A stretch of DNA of 64,000 bases, taken from contig JAJFUA010000443.1 in assembly GCA_021372635.1 (NCBI GenBank), forward strand, positions 86 to 64,085, written 5' to 3'. The DNA comes from Desulfobacteraceae bacterium. GTDB lineage: Bacteria > Desulfobacterota > Syntrophobacteria > Syntrophobacterales > Syntrophobacteraceae. Within the stretch, counting starts at the first letter, position 1. Every line of letters begins with the position of its first letter. Below the pieces are notes generated by a model that was given only the letters and a program-made list of their open reading frames with translations, had not been told where the DNA came from and did not search any database. Of this stretch, positions 36,033 to 44,902 are shown in pieces. Position numbers and translations under genes: made by a program.

Positions 36033-37145
36033 ATGAGCAGAGTCATCGTGCGGAAGGCTTCCTATGAATACCGGAGCCTGAAGAAACATGTTTTTGAAAT
36101 GCTGGAGGCATTCATCGGAGACGCCATCGCGGGGAACAGCCGTGTGGTCATCAAGCCGAATCTTCTCGCGCCGGCTGCTCCGGACAGGGCCATGCTGACG
36201 CATCCGCTCGTCGTCAGGGCAGTGGCCGAGTATGTACTGGACCGGGGGGCGCATCCCCAGATATCCGACAGTCAGGCCATGGGGTCTTTCAGGAAGCTGC
36301 TCCAGGTGAGCGGTATTGCGGAGGCCTGTGAAGGGCTGGATGTCACCTTCAAGGAATTCGAAGAGTCGGTGGAAGTCGACGTCGGCGAACCTTTCCATCG
36401 CATTCACCTTGCTCGTGACGCCATGGAGGCGGATCTGCTCATCAATCTCCCCAAGCTGAAAACCCACAGCCAGATGCTCATGACTTTGGGTGTGAAGAAT
36501 CTTTTCGGGTGCGTCGTCGGGTTCAGAAAGCCGCAATGGCACATGCGGACCGGAATCGACCGCGAATTGTTCGCGTCGCTGCTGGTGAAGATTTACAGGA
36601 CTCTGAGGCCCGCGGTGACGATCCTGGACGGCATCCTGGCCATGGAAGGGCCGGGCCCGGGAAAGGGAGGCATTCCAAGAGAGATCGGCGTGCTGGTGGC
36701 CGGGGATGATGCCTTTGCCGTAGACGCCGCGGTCTGCGAGATGATCGGCCTGGAACCCGAAAGACTTCTGACCCTTAGGGCGGCCATGAATACCGGGTTT
36801 TCGGCCGGAGCGGTCGAAAGGGAGGGAAGTCTGCCCCGCATCGATGACTTCCGGCTGCCCCGCATCACGCCGGTGATCTTCGGCCCGCCATGGGCGCATG
36901 GTTTCCTGCGCCGCTATCTCGTGCAGCGCCCCGTGGTGAATGCGTCTCTTTGCCGGTTGTGCGGCGACTGTTGTAAATACTGTCCTGCCGGGGCAATCAC
37001 CCGCGAGAGCAAAGCGGTCGCCTTCGACTACGACAAGTGTATCCGGTGCTACTGTTGCCTGGAGGTTTGTCCCCATGGGGCACTGAAGGCGGAGGAACCG
37101 ACGCTGGGCCGGGTTGTGGCCTGGAGCATGCAAAAGCTGAAGTAA
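36033..37145 (+). CDS. DUF362-domain protein with a C-terminal 2x[4Fe-4S] ferredoxin domain
   Basis: It has VVIKPNLL and a DUF362-like core. Two CxxCxxCxxxCP motifs are present (CRLCGDCCKYCP and CIRCYCCLEVCP). Confidence 0.8.
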   Translation: MSRVIVRKASYEYRSLKKHVFEMLEAFIGDAIAGNSRVVIKPNLLAPAAPDRAMLTHPLVVRAVAEYVLDRGAHPQISDSQAMGSFRKLLQVSGIAEACEGLDVTFKEFEESVEVDVGEPFHRIHLARDAMEADLLINLPKLKTHSQMLMTLGVKNLFGCVVGFRKPQWHMRTGIDRELFASLLVKIYRTLRPAVTILDGILAMEGPGPGKGGIPREIGVLVAGDDAFAVDAAVCEMIGLEPERLLTLRAAMNTGFSAGAVEREGSLPRIDDFRLPRITPVIFGPPWAHGFLRRYLVQRPVVNASLCRLCGDCCKYCPAGAITRESKAVAFDYDKCIRCYCCLEVCPHGALKAEEPTLGRVVAWSMQKLK

Positions 37146-37179
37146 GCCGCGGGAAGAAAAGGAGAGTCTCCCGGCCCGT

Positions 37180-37911
37180 TCAGGCGAATGGTTCGGAAAG
37201 GGCGTCGGTCAGTTTCATCTGCTGCCTGGCGATCTGCTCTTTCATCTTCGCCAGTTCGTCGGCGTTTGGAAATTCAAGGGAAATACCGTAGAGGTATTTT
37301 TCGTCGGAGATCTTCGTGACATGCCGCACCGTTCCCGTGGCCGGGATGTTTTCTCCGGGGAGCATCAGAGACAGGGAGGAAAGGATCTGGCCGCGTCGGA
37401 AACGCGCAGGTCCACCGGATACGGCCGCCACACCCTGCTGGCTGATGTTGACTACTTCGAGAGTCAGACCATCCATGCCGACCCGGATGGAGTCGCTCGG
37501 AAGAACGGGAAACCGGAGTTCCTGGCGGAGCCTGTGGGCGTATATGCCCCGCGGCATCGAGAAGATCACCGTACGCGCACAGGGTATGTATCTCAGGAGA
37601 AGACAGTGGAAGGAATGGCCGATCGTGCGATACTGAAAGGAGACGGAAAATATGCTGCTCGGCAGGGGCAGTTCGGGATCGTAGGAAGATGACTTCAGTT
37701 TTGCCAGCAGGCCAAGTTCCCTGTTCCTGCCTTCTTCGAAGGACCCCCGCGCTTCCACCTGGACCGGAGCGATTTCCATGAGCAGAAACTTCATTTCCAC
37801 TGGCAGCAATCCGTTGGATCTTGCGGTAAATTGAATCGCATGCCGCCTGCAATACTCGAGGATTCTTAAAACACGTTTTTTTACGTCTATGAGATCGTTG
37901 CCGGGTGTCAC
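37180..37911 (-). CDS. YcgR-like PilZ-domain protein (c-di-GMP receptor candidate)
   Basis: The RxxxR motif (RLRQELR) is followed about 30 aa later by N-x-S-x-x-G (VNISQQGV). An N-terminal domain of about 120 aa precedes them. The start is a GTG and is uncertain. Confidence 0.65.
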   Translation of the reverse strand: MTPGNDLIDVKKRVLRILEYCRRHAIQFTARSNGLLPVEMKFLLMEIAPVQVEARGSFEEGRNRELGLLAKLKSSSYDPELPLPSSIFSVSFQYRTIGHSFHCLLLRYIPCARTVIFSMPRGIYAHRLRQELRFPVLPSDSIRVGMDGLTLEVVNISQQGVAAVSGGPARFRRGQILSSLSLMLPGENIPATGTVRHVTKISDEKYLYGISLEFPNADELAKMKEQIARQQMKLTDALSEPFA

Positions 37912-38211
37912 TAATCGACTCCTGAATCTAATACCGTTGCATAAAACGCGCGACTTACCTCTCGTGCGATCGTCTCAGTTTCCCGGCAGGAAGTTATTTT
38001 CATAAAGGTTTCAATACATAACACATTTTCCCTCCTTTTATGAGGGAAGAGAAGAACTTTCATCGCAACAGTATTGTTTCAAACCTTTGGCCAAGCACCG
38101 AATATATGCTCCCTGACGAGGATACCCGATCATAATGAAGCATATACGCGGATTATGCAACTGGAGTTTTTCAGGGGACGGAAGCTTTGTGCGCGACCGG
38201 GCCAGACGCTA

Positions 38212-39159
38212 TTACTCGGAATTCCTTTTTACGATGCCGATGACGTTCGGTATGGGAAGGGCAAACTGAAGCGCGCCGGCGTCATCGAAGCCGGTCTCCA
38301 TGGATCCGTATTTTTCGACTTTGAAATCGCCGGAAGAGAGAAAAAGGGACGCCTGCGGCCCGCCTTCGAGATACATGGCGTTCTTGATGGACATGGGAAG
38401 CGACTGCAAGATCTCTATGAAATCGTGGACGGAATATGGCGAACGGGCGGAAAGGAAGAGCACTCTGCCATTCTCGTCCATGGCGATGGCAACGATGCTC
38501 CATTTCCCCTGCTGCTGGCTCCAGACGTTCTGCCCTCCGCAGGAGATCATCCGGATGCTCTGGACCAGCGTGTTGTATTTGCGCTTCAGGCTGTCCAGGT
38601 CCTGGCACTCTCGGTCTATAATCTGAACTTCGGGCAGGCCGGCTTCCACCGGGTTGAAGGCGAGCACAGTATTATCCCTGCCGAATCTGGGATTGTTGAC
38701 GTGGTTGTAGTTGCGCATGTATCCGACGCTCGTGAAGCCGTTTTCCTGGAACATGCCCGCATTGACCGCCGCCACGAGGTGAAATTCCGTGCACCATTCT
38801 TCGACCGTTCTCTTTTTTTTCCCGTACTCCGAAGAACACAGAAGCTTGAAGGCATAGAAACGGGGATCGATTCTCACTGCGGTGATCCTGGAGTCGCCCG
38901 CTTCGGATTTCAGCGGGGATTCGAACTCCGCTACGGACAATCCTTCATCCACCTGTTTCCAGGTGTTGTTTTCGGCTTCAATGAATCGAGGGGAATGCAA
39001 AAGAAGGAAGAGGGAAACAATGACTGCCACGGAGGAACGGAAGGCGATGGACAGGAAAAAACGGAAAGCCGCCGGAGGCGATTCGCCGGTGCCGGCCGCA
39101 TCGTGCCTCGGTAGTGCCGCTCCTTTGCCAGCCGTTTTTTCTCCGTAGACAAGAGCCAA
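38212..39159 (-). CDS. Phosphodiester glycosidase-like (NAGPA/DUF2233) protein with an N-terminal TM/signal anchor
   Basis: It has VAAVNAGMF, NNPRFGRD, SCGGQNVW, IVAIAMDENGRVLFL and NAMYLEGGPQASL, which match the family as I recall it. The start is a TTG and is uncertain. Confidence 0.65.
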   Translation of the reverse strand: MALVYGEKTAGKGAALPRHDAAGTGESPPAAFRFFLSIAFRSSVAVIVSLFLLLHSPRFIEAENNTWKQVDEGLSVAEFESPLKSEAGDSRITAVRIDPRFYAFKLLCSSEYGKKKRTVEEWCTEFHLVAAVNAGMFQENGFTSVGYMRNYNHVNNPRFGRDNTVLAFNPVEAGLPEVQIIDRECQDLDSLKRKYNTLVQSIRMISCGGQNVWSQQQGKWSIVAIAMDENGRVLFLSARSPYSVHDFIEILQSLPMSIKNAMYLEGGPQASLFLSSGDFKVEKYGSMETGFDDAGALQFALPIPNVIGIVKRNSE

Positions 39160-39451
39160 GTGAAACCCCTGTACCGCATTCCGTCAGTGCAAGCCGGCAG
39201 GCCGGAAATCCACGGATTCCTTTCAGCCGGGCGGTCATTGACTCGAACCGGTTCATGCGCAGTACTCGGCCCCCCCGGCATGAACCGGCAAGGCACAACT
39301 TATGCCACTTTTCGGTTTTGGGCAAGCGCCAGTTTCAGAAAGCTCATATTCATAAACGATCTTGCAGGGAAAAATCAACGCCCTCATTTCCCCCGTTGAA
39401 ATTGCCCATAGTCTCGGGGGGGAGCGGCCGCGAAGCATTTTGTCGTAAGTA

Positions 39452-40798
39452 TTAAGAGTTGAAGTCCGGCGGGAATCCATAATAGAGAAAGTACAATTTC
39501 CGATCGCTGACCCCAAGGTGGTAGAGCAGCATCAGCAGATGATTCTTCAGCGACGTGCGCAGAATTCCTCCGTTCAGGTATTTTCGAGGGGACGCCTGCA
39601 TGACGAACGGGAGGCATTCCAATCGCCCAATCCGAAGACACCTGGAGACAAAATCCACATCTTCCATGAGGTATTCCCGCAGGAACCCACCGATTGCGAA
39701 AAAGGTTTCCCGCGAACAGAACAGGCCCTGGTCTCCGTAGGGAAGATGCAGAAGGCGCGTGCGTGTGTCGGCCCATTTCGCAATCAGGTCGAGGACGGGA
39801 GTGGACGGGGAGAAGGCAAGGTGGAAACAGCCGAGCGACGGGGAAGTGCCCAGGAGCGTTCTGCGGATATGATAGGCGAAGTTCGGAGGAGGAAGACAGT
39901 CGTCGTGCAGAAAAAAGAAAAAATCTCCCCGGGCGGTAAGCGCTCCCCGGTTCATCTGTTTTCCCCGGCCTCTGCGCGAGATGAGGCAGCGGGTCTTCGC
40001 GCTCACTTCGACAGGATCGGAAGGCCCCCCGTTGCCCGCACGGACGATGACGATTTCGTCCCCGGGCCAGAGTTGAGCTTCGAGAAGCCGTACCAGGGGG
40101 AGCAGGCGATCGATCGGGCGGATCGTGGGGATGATGACGGACAGCCTGGCTTGGTGGAACATGGGGATCGAATGGAAGAATGCAAGATCCTCCCGACGGT
40201 CCACATCCCGTCGGCAGTCCAGCGTTTGAACCGAAAAGCCGTCGGCCTCGAGGAGTTCCTTGGTTCGTGCAAATATACAGGCGGTTCCCCAGGATTCGGG
40301 GCGGAATGCGGAAGGCGAAGGACGATCCAGGCCGATGAGGTAGAAGCCTCCGTCCCGGGCGGGTCCGAGCACTGCCTGTCCGGAATCGAGAATCTTCAGA
40401 GCCGTGTGGAAATCCCCGGCTTGAATATCGGCGAGGTCTGTTCCTGCCAGCACCACACGACAAGGCCGACCGGCCGAAAGGACGCGGCGCACAGCCCGGT
40501 CCATGCGGTCGCCGAGATGCGAACCCTCCTGCGGGAAAAACTTCCAGGGCCCGGGAAAGGCAGCCCGCATATCATCTTCTTTGTCGAAGGGAGTGAAACA
40601 GACGTAAACTTCCGTGTCGGGCCTGGCCTTGCCGACCTCCGCAACGGTGCCCAGCGTTCTGCGGACCAGTTTTTCATAAACCGCGGAAGCTTCTTCTGGA
40701 GAAACGGCGACCGCCAGGCGGGATTTGACCTCTCCCGTCTCGGGATACCTCATGAAGATGATGATGGCATACCTGGGTGCAGCATTCATTCGGAGCGA
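39452..40798 (-). CDS. Fusion of a DUF2064-like (nucleotidyl/glycosyl) transferase and a family-2 glycosyltransferase
   Basis: The N-terminal half (AIIIFMRYPETGEVKSRLA...LGPARDGGFYLIG) is DUF2064-like. The C-terminal half (LSVIIPTIR...GRGKQMNRGA..A.GDFFFFLHDD) is GT2-like. The real start is ATG 40798 (MNAAPRY), not the 1,086-aa ORF start. Confidence 0.8.
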   Translation of the reverse strand, partial: SLRMNAAPRYAIIIFMRYPETGEVKSRLAVAVSPEEASAVYEKLVRRTLGTVAEVGKARPDTEVYVCFTPFDKEDDMRAAFPGPWKFFPQEGSHLGDRMDRAVRRVLSAGRPCRVVLAGTDLADIQAGDFHTALKILDSGQAVLGPARDGGFYLIGLDRPSPSAFRPESWGTACIFARTKELLEADGFSVQTLDCRRDVDRREDLAFFHSIPMFHQARLSVIIPTIRPIDRLLPLVRLLEAQLWPGDEIVIVRAGNGGPSDPVEVSAKTRCLISRRGRGKQMNRGALTARGDFFFFLHDDCLPPPNFAYHIRRTLLGTSPSLGCFHLAFSPSTPVLDLIAKWADTRTRLLHLPYGDQGLFCSRETFFAIGGFLREYLMEDVDFVSRCLRIGRLECLPFVMQASPRKYLNGGILRTSLKNHLLMLLYHLGVSDRKLYFLYYGFPPDFNS

Positions 40799-40821
40799 TT
40801 TTCCCGGAATGCCCGGCCGGG

Positions 40822-42786
40822 TCAATAGGCGATGTGTCCCAGCGACCGCATGATCAGGCTGAATCCCATGGCCAGCATCCCCATGAGACCCATGCCGCAT
40901 GAGAACCCGGCCAGCAGCACCGGGGCGTACTGCCCCCAGGCCAGTCCATACTTCTTTTTGAAGTAATACCTGCCCAGCAGGGCACCGACGATTTCGAGGA
41001 AAATCCCGTGAGGCGTCGATTGGCCGAGGCCGCGGGTCACGCCGTAGATGAGCATGATCGGGAGCTTGAACCAGGCGAGAACGCCATACGTCAGGAGTCC
41101 GAGTCCCATGCCCCAGCCCATGTACTGGACGTTGAGAGCCTGGAAGAACGGGGAACTTCCTTCGAGCGTCGCGCTTTGCAGGAGCAGAGTGTTCAGCGCC
41201 TGCAGGTGCCAGAGTTCCTGTGCATACGGGTACTGGTTGGAGGGAATCGGTGCGAGTCTCCATATGTACTGTGAAAACAGCAGACTGGCAACCAGCACGA
41301 TGGGAATCACCAGGATTTCCGCTTTGATGATGCTCCGGAAACTGGTCCCGGTAAGTTCGATTTCCCTCCACCTCACGGTGGATTTTCCGTAGTTGTGTAT
41401 CGGAATGGGTGCATACCATATTCCGATGCCCGTGTAACCGAAAAACCTGGAAGCTGCAATAAAACTCGCCTCGCGCACCATGGGCAGGCTCACGAACTGG
41501 CCGGCAATCCCCTCCATCCGGGCGGAAACATAGGAAATGACCGGGGTGTAGACAAAGCCGTAGGCGACGAGAAAAATCCAGGGAAAGCCGGGGACCAGCA
41601 GCGAGGAAAGAACGATGTAGGTGGTCGTGGAGCAGACGTAGATGCCGATTGCGATCCAGATGCTGAAATCGCCCCGCCCGGGATTGTGCCTGAAGAGCAC
41701 CTCGAAGCGTTCCTTTAACGATCCCTGGTAGGTCTGCCGGAAGCTTCTGAAAACGTGAAATATCCCTATGGCGGCAATGGCCAGTCCCAGCCCGATGCCG
41801 AAGCTCATATAGAAATCGAAGCTGTTGGCGAAAACGGTGTCGACGGTTCCCATGCCCTTGTGCCACCGGTGAAGGATGCCGTAGCTGTACAGGATCGGAT
41901 TGGCGATCAGAGTAACGATGAAACCGATGCCCCCCCCGATAACCGCCCAGAACGGGAGAACCATGCCCACGAAGAGAAGCCCCAGGTCCAACTGGATTCC
42001 CGTGGCGACGGCCGGAAGAACGTCTTCGGTTACGTTGGTCAGTTCGATCCAGGGAATCGGGAAAAGCCGGATGGGTTCGGAAAGCACCGTCGCCGATGCG
42101 GCCGGGAGCAGCACGTAGAGCGCACCGAAAGAGAGTCCGATCATGCCTCCTATGGAGAAGACCCGCCATTTCCAGCCGGATTCCTCCTTCCGTGTGGATT
42201 CCGCCAGCGCCATGTTCCCGAGCGCTCCCACGGGAGCCATGGGGAAGGGCAGCTTTTCGACATCCGAGGTGAGCCGGTACAGGGCATAGCTCAGTCCGAA
42301 GTGGTCCACTGCGGATATGATTTCGAATCCGACCATGAGGAGGATGGGGATCAGCCAGTCCCGGTGGAAGAAGGTTCGGTCGGTAAAGGATTCCGATCCG
42401 GGGGGCGGAGCGATCCAGGCGGGAATGTGCTGGGTCAGTCCGAGCATGCGGGCCGCTTCGGACTGTATGAGATACTGGTTCCACAGCAGCCCGGAAAAGG
42501 GAGACGCCAGCGCGGCGCCGGCCATGTAATAGAGTACGAAGATTTCCTGCTGGCTGAGCTTCGTGTAGGCTCTCTTCGCGATTTCCGCGAACAGGATGAT
42601 GGTCACCCACCGCGCCGCCGGGCCGATCCCGGTTCCCACCACCAGGCCGAGGTACATCGAGCCGGGCATCATGAGAAACCCGATGAAGATCGCCCCGATG
42701 ATGGATTTCCACCCGAAACCGTCTTCGAACTTGTCGGGCGGGCTCAACAGATCGCGGTATTCTTGTAGTTCCCTGTCCTCTTGCAT
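40822..42786 (-). CDS. Polytopic membrane protein (654 aa, more than 12 TM helices), distantly OPT-like
   Basis: ATG 42786 (MQEDREL) has GAGGAG upstream. The N-terminal SMYLGLVVGTGIGPAARWVTIILF resembles the OPT-family opening helix pair, and an EKLPFPMAPVG motif follows. Hydrophobic helices run throughout. Confidence 0.7.
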   Translation of the reverse strand: MQEDRELQEYRDLLSPPDKFEDGFGWKSIIGAIFIGFLMMPGSMYLGLVVGTGIGPAARWVTIILFAEIAKRAYTKLSQQEIFVLYYMAGAALASPFSGLLWNQYLIQSEAARMLGLTQHIPAWIAPPPGSESFTDRTFFHRDWLIPILLMVGFEIISAVDHFGLSYALYRLTSDVEKLPFPMAPVGALGNMALAESTRKEESGWKWRVFSIGGMIGLSFGALYVLLPAASATVLSEPIRLFPIPWIELTNVTEDVLPAVATGIQLDLGLLFVGMVLPFWAVIGGGIGFIVTLIANPILYSYGILHRWHKGMGTVDTVFANSFDFYMSFGIGLGLAIAAIGIFHVFRSFRQTYQGSLKERFEVLFRHNPGRGDFSIWIAIGIYVCSTTTYIVLSSLLVPGFPWIFLVAYGFVYTPVISYVSARMEGIAGQFVSLPMVREASFIAASRFFGYTGIGIWYAPIPIHNYGKSTVRWREIELTGTSFRSIIKAEILVIPIVLVASLLFSQYIWRLAPIPSNQYPYAQELWHLQALNTLLLQSATLEGSSPFFQALNVQYMGWGMGLGLLTYGVLAWFKLPIMLIYGVTRGLGQSTPHGIFLEIVGALLGRYYFKKKYGLAWGQYAPVLLAGFSCGMGLMGMLAMGFSLIMRSLGHIAY

Positions 42787-42853
42787 GATGCTCCTCGCCC
42801 CGCAGCCGGACTGCTCATTCACTGCAGAAGCCCGCTCCCGTCGTCGGGGAGTT

Positions 42854-44830
42854 TCACAGCGGCAGCACGTGGTAGCTGATCGGAGTCCAGAAACCCGCAA
42901 TCAGCCAGACGATGGCCATGATCATGTCGCCGAAGATCAAACCGACGAAAAAGCGCCTGACTTCCTTGTATCGGTTGGCCCCGCCGTATCTCAGGACCAG
43001 CGTGTTGCAGAGCCAGCCGACGAGGAAGCCGAACCAGAGGAGTTGCATCGCCGAACTGTACGCCGTGAGATAGCCTATGGGGTGGAGCGGCCACCAGATG
43101 AAATGATGATAGCCGGCGATCAGAAGGGACATCAACCCGGCACCGATCAGCATGAAAGCGATGCTCCATTTCTTCGGTTCCTCCGGATGAGTCAGCAGTT
43201 GCGCCGCGCTTTCATGGACCCTTCTGGTCGTCTCGACGGCCCAGTCGTCCGGGATGGAACTGATGCCGAACTTGTAATAGAGGACGAGCGTCGCCGCGAA
43301 GGAGACGATCAGGCCGAGCAGGATCGCCCAAAGGACTCCCCACAGAAATCTCCTGCGGGGTCGACTGCCCTCGGAGAGCGTGGACGAGTGGAAGAGCGAC
43401 GGTGAGAGGGATTCGCGAACATCCAGAAAGGCAACCTTCTGCACGATGAGACCCAGGTACAGGGTCACGGGGGCGATGATCCGCGTATCGAGAAACGCGA
43501 GGAAACCGTCGGAAGGGGCCACCGTGAGGGTAAAGTAAGGAAGGCCCCCCTGACAGACGAGCCTGGACGAGACCAACTGGATCATGAAGCATACGGCAAG
43601 GAAAAGGCACGCCGCAAGAAAGCCCATGCCGAAAAGGCAAAGCCAGAGGACCGCGCCGGCCAACCCGCCCGCAAAAAGGAACAGGGCCGGGCGCGGGGAA
43701 AGGAATCCACGGTAGTCGTCCGCCCCGGATTTCGAGAACACGGAGGCGAAGGTGAGCCAGAGATGAGTGCGCGCAAGCCACACGATGAAAAAGAAGAACA
43801 CGCCCAAGGCTCCGATCATCTGCATTTCCTCGGCCCTGGAGAGCACCGGGCCGAACGTCGTACCGACGGCGGCGGCGGGCAGACGCCAGCCCAGAGCCTG
43901 GGAAAGCCCGGGGGCCAGTCCGCCAAGAGCGAAGAAAAACCAGAGGCTGAAGGAAACCTGTCGGGACGTCAGGAAGGCAAACCCGATAAAAGCCGGGAAA
44001 ATGTAGATCTTCAACTTGGAGTATCCCGAAAGAAGCCCTTCCCTGGGAATGTAGGGCTGGGCAAGAAGCAGCGCAGGGATCTGGGGCACCTCGGGGAAAT
44101 ACGCATGCAGGCCGTTCAGCGTATGGAGAAGAACGGGGAGGGCGCAGCCGACGATAAAATACCTGTGTGTGAGAAACCGAAGAAGAGTCCGGTTTTCCGA
44201 CTCTTCGCCGAGGATCTCGGGGACGCGCAGAAGGGGGAAATTCATCTTTTCGTTCTCGATCCACTGGTGCGTGAAAAGCCCTACGAGGCCGAGCGTGGCC
44301 ATGTAGATCGACCCGATGAAAAGACCCCACCATGCCATGGGGACGAGCCATTCGCCCCATGAGACTGCGGCGGCGACATGCCACCAGGGCATATCCAGCC
44401 CGCCTTCCAGGCCGCTGTACAGGGCCTTGACTGTGGCGGGGTCCTTGGGAAAGATCGTCGACGGCAGGTAGGGCAGGAGGACCTGGGCCAGGTTGCTCGT
44501 CGTAGTGGTGAACCAGACGGGAGTGGTGATGTTGATGATGAACGTGCGCATCAACCCGGTGTAGGCGACGCCCGTGGAAACTGTGACCATGGACCAGACG
44601 AGCAATAATTCGTGCCGGTTGAAGCGCCATTCACGCCGAACGAGCGAAAGAATCGGGTTGAGGATGCCGAGCATGAACAGCAGCGCGGCAAACGAAGCCA
44701 GTGGGAAATGGCTGCCCCCCAGCGGACTGTTCTGTAGTTTTGCGTTGTTGTACGGACTGACGGCGCAGATGAACACAACGAAAACCAGGCCGGTCAGGAG
44801 CGCCGACAGCCGCAGCCGGGGCTCATTCAT
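42854..44830 (-). CDS. Polytopic membrane protein (658 aa, more than 12 TM helices), related in pattern to the downstream one
   Basis: ATG 44830 has GGGGGGA upstream. An EKMNFPLLRV motif sits at an equivalent position, and the C-terminal GLIFGDMI resembles the OPT GLIAGE motif. Confidence 0.7.
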   Translation of the reverse strand: MNEPRLRLSALLTGLVFVVFICAVSPYNNAKLQNSPLGGSHFPLASFAALLFMLGILNPILSLVRREWRFNRHELLLVWSMVTVSTGVAYTGLMRTFIINITTPVWFTTTTSNLAQVLLPYLPSTIFPKDPATVKALYSGLEGGLDMPWWHVAAAVSWGEWLVPMAWWGLFIGSIYMATLGLVGLFTHQWIENEKMNFPLLRVPEILGEESENRTLLRFLTHRYFIVGCALPVLLHTLNGLHAYFPEVPQIPALLLAQPYIPREGLLSGYSKLKIYIFPAFIGFAFLTSRQVSFSLWFFFALGGLAPGLSQALGWRLPAAAVGTTFGPVLSRAEEMQMIGALGVFFFFIVWLARTHLWLTFASVFSKSGADDYRGFLSPRPALFLFAGGLAGAVLWLCLFGMGFLAACLFLAVCFMIQLVSSRLVCQGGLPYFTLTVAPSDGFLAFLDTRIIAPVTLYLGLIVQKVAFLDVRESLSPSLFHSSTLSEGSRPRRRFLWGVLWAILLGLIVSFAATLVLYYKFGISSIPDDWAVETTRRVHESAAQLLTHPEEPKKWSIAFMLIGAGLMSLLIAGYHHFIWWPLHPIGYLTAYSSAMQLLWFGFLVGWLCNTLVLRYGGANRYKEVRRFFVGLIFGDMIMAIVWLIAGFWTPISYHVLPL

Positions 44831-44902
44831 AGGCAATCCCCCCGGATGACTTGCCAGGCGCGTCTTTTTGCAGGAAAACGGCGGACTGAGGTTCCCTCTG
44901 CA

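Noticed and set aside
37911-38211. The hairpin TTCCCTC-N8-GAGGGAA (about 38028-38049), considered as a terminator for the glycosidase-like gene.
   Set aside because: It lies about 160 nt beyond the stop and has no U-tract on either strand, so a terminator call is unsupported.
39452-42712. A 1,086-aa ORF that would make the transferase gene much longer.
   Set aside because: Only the last 448 codons (from ATG 40798, MNAAPRY) look like protein (DUF2064-like + GT2). The upstream ~640 codons are Arg/Gly/His/Pro-rich. They run out of frame through the well-formed 654-aa membrane-protein gene (40822..42786), so they are a same-strand shadow frame.
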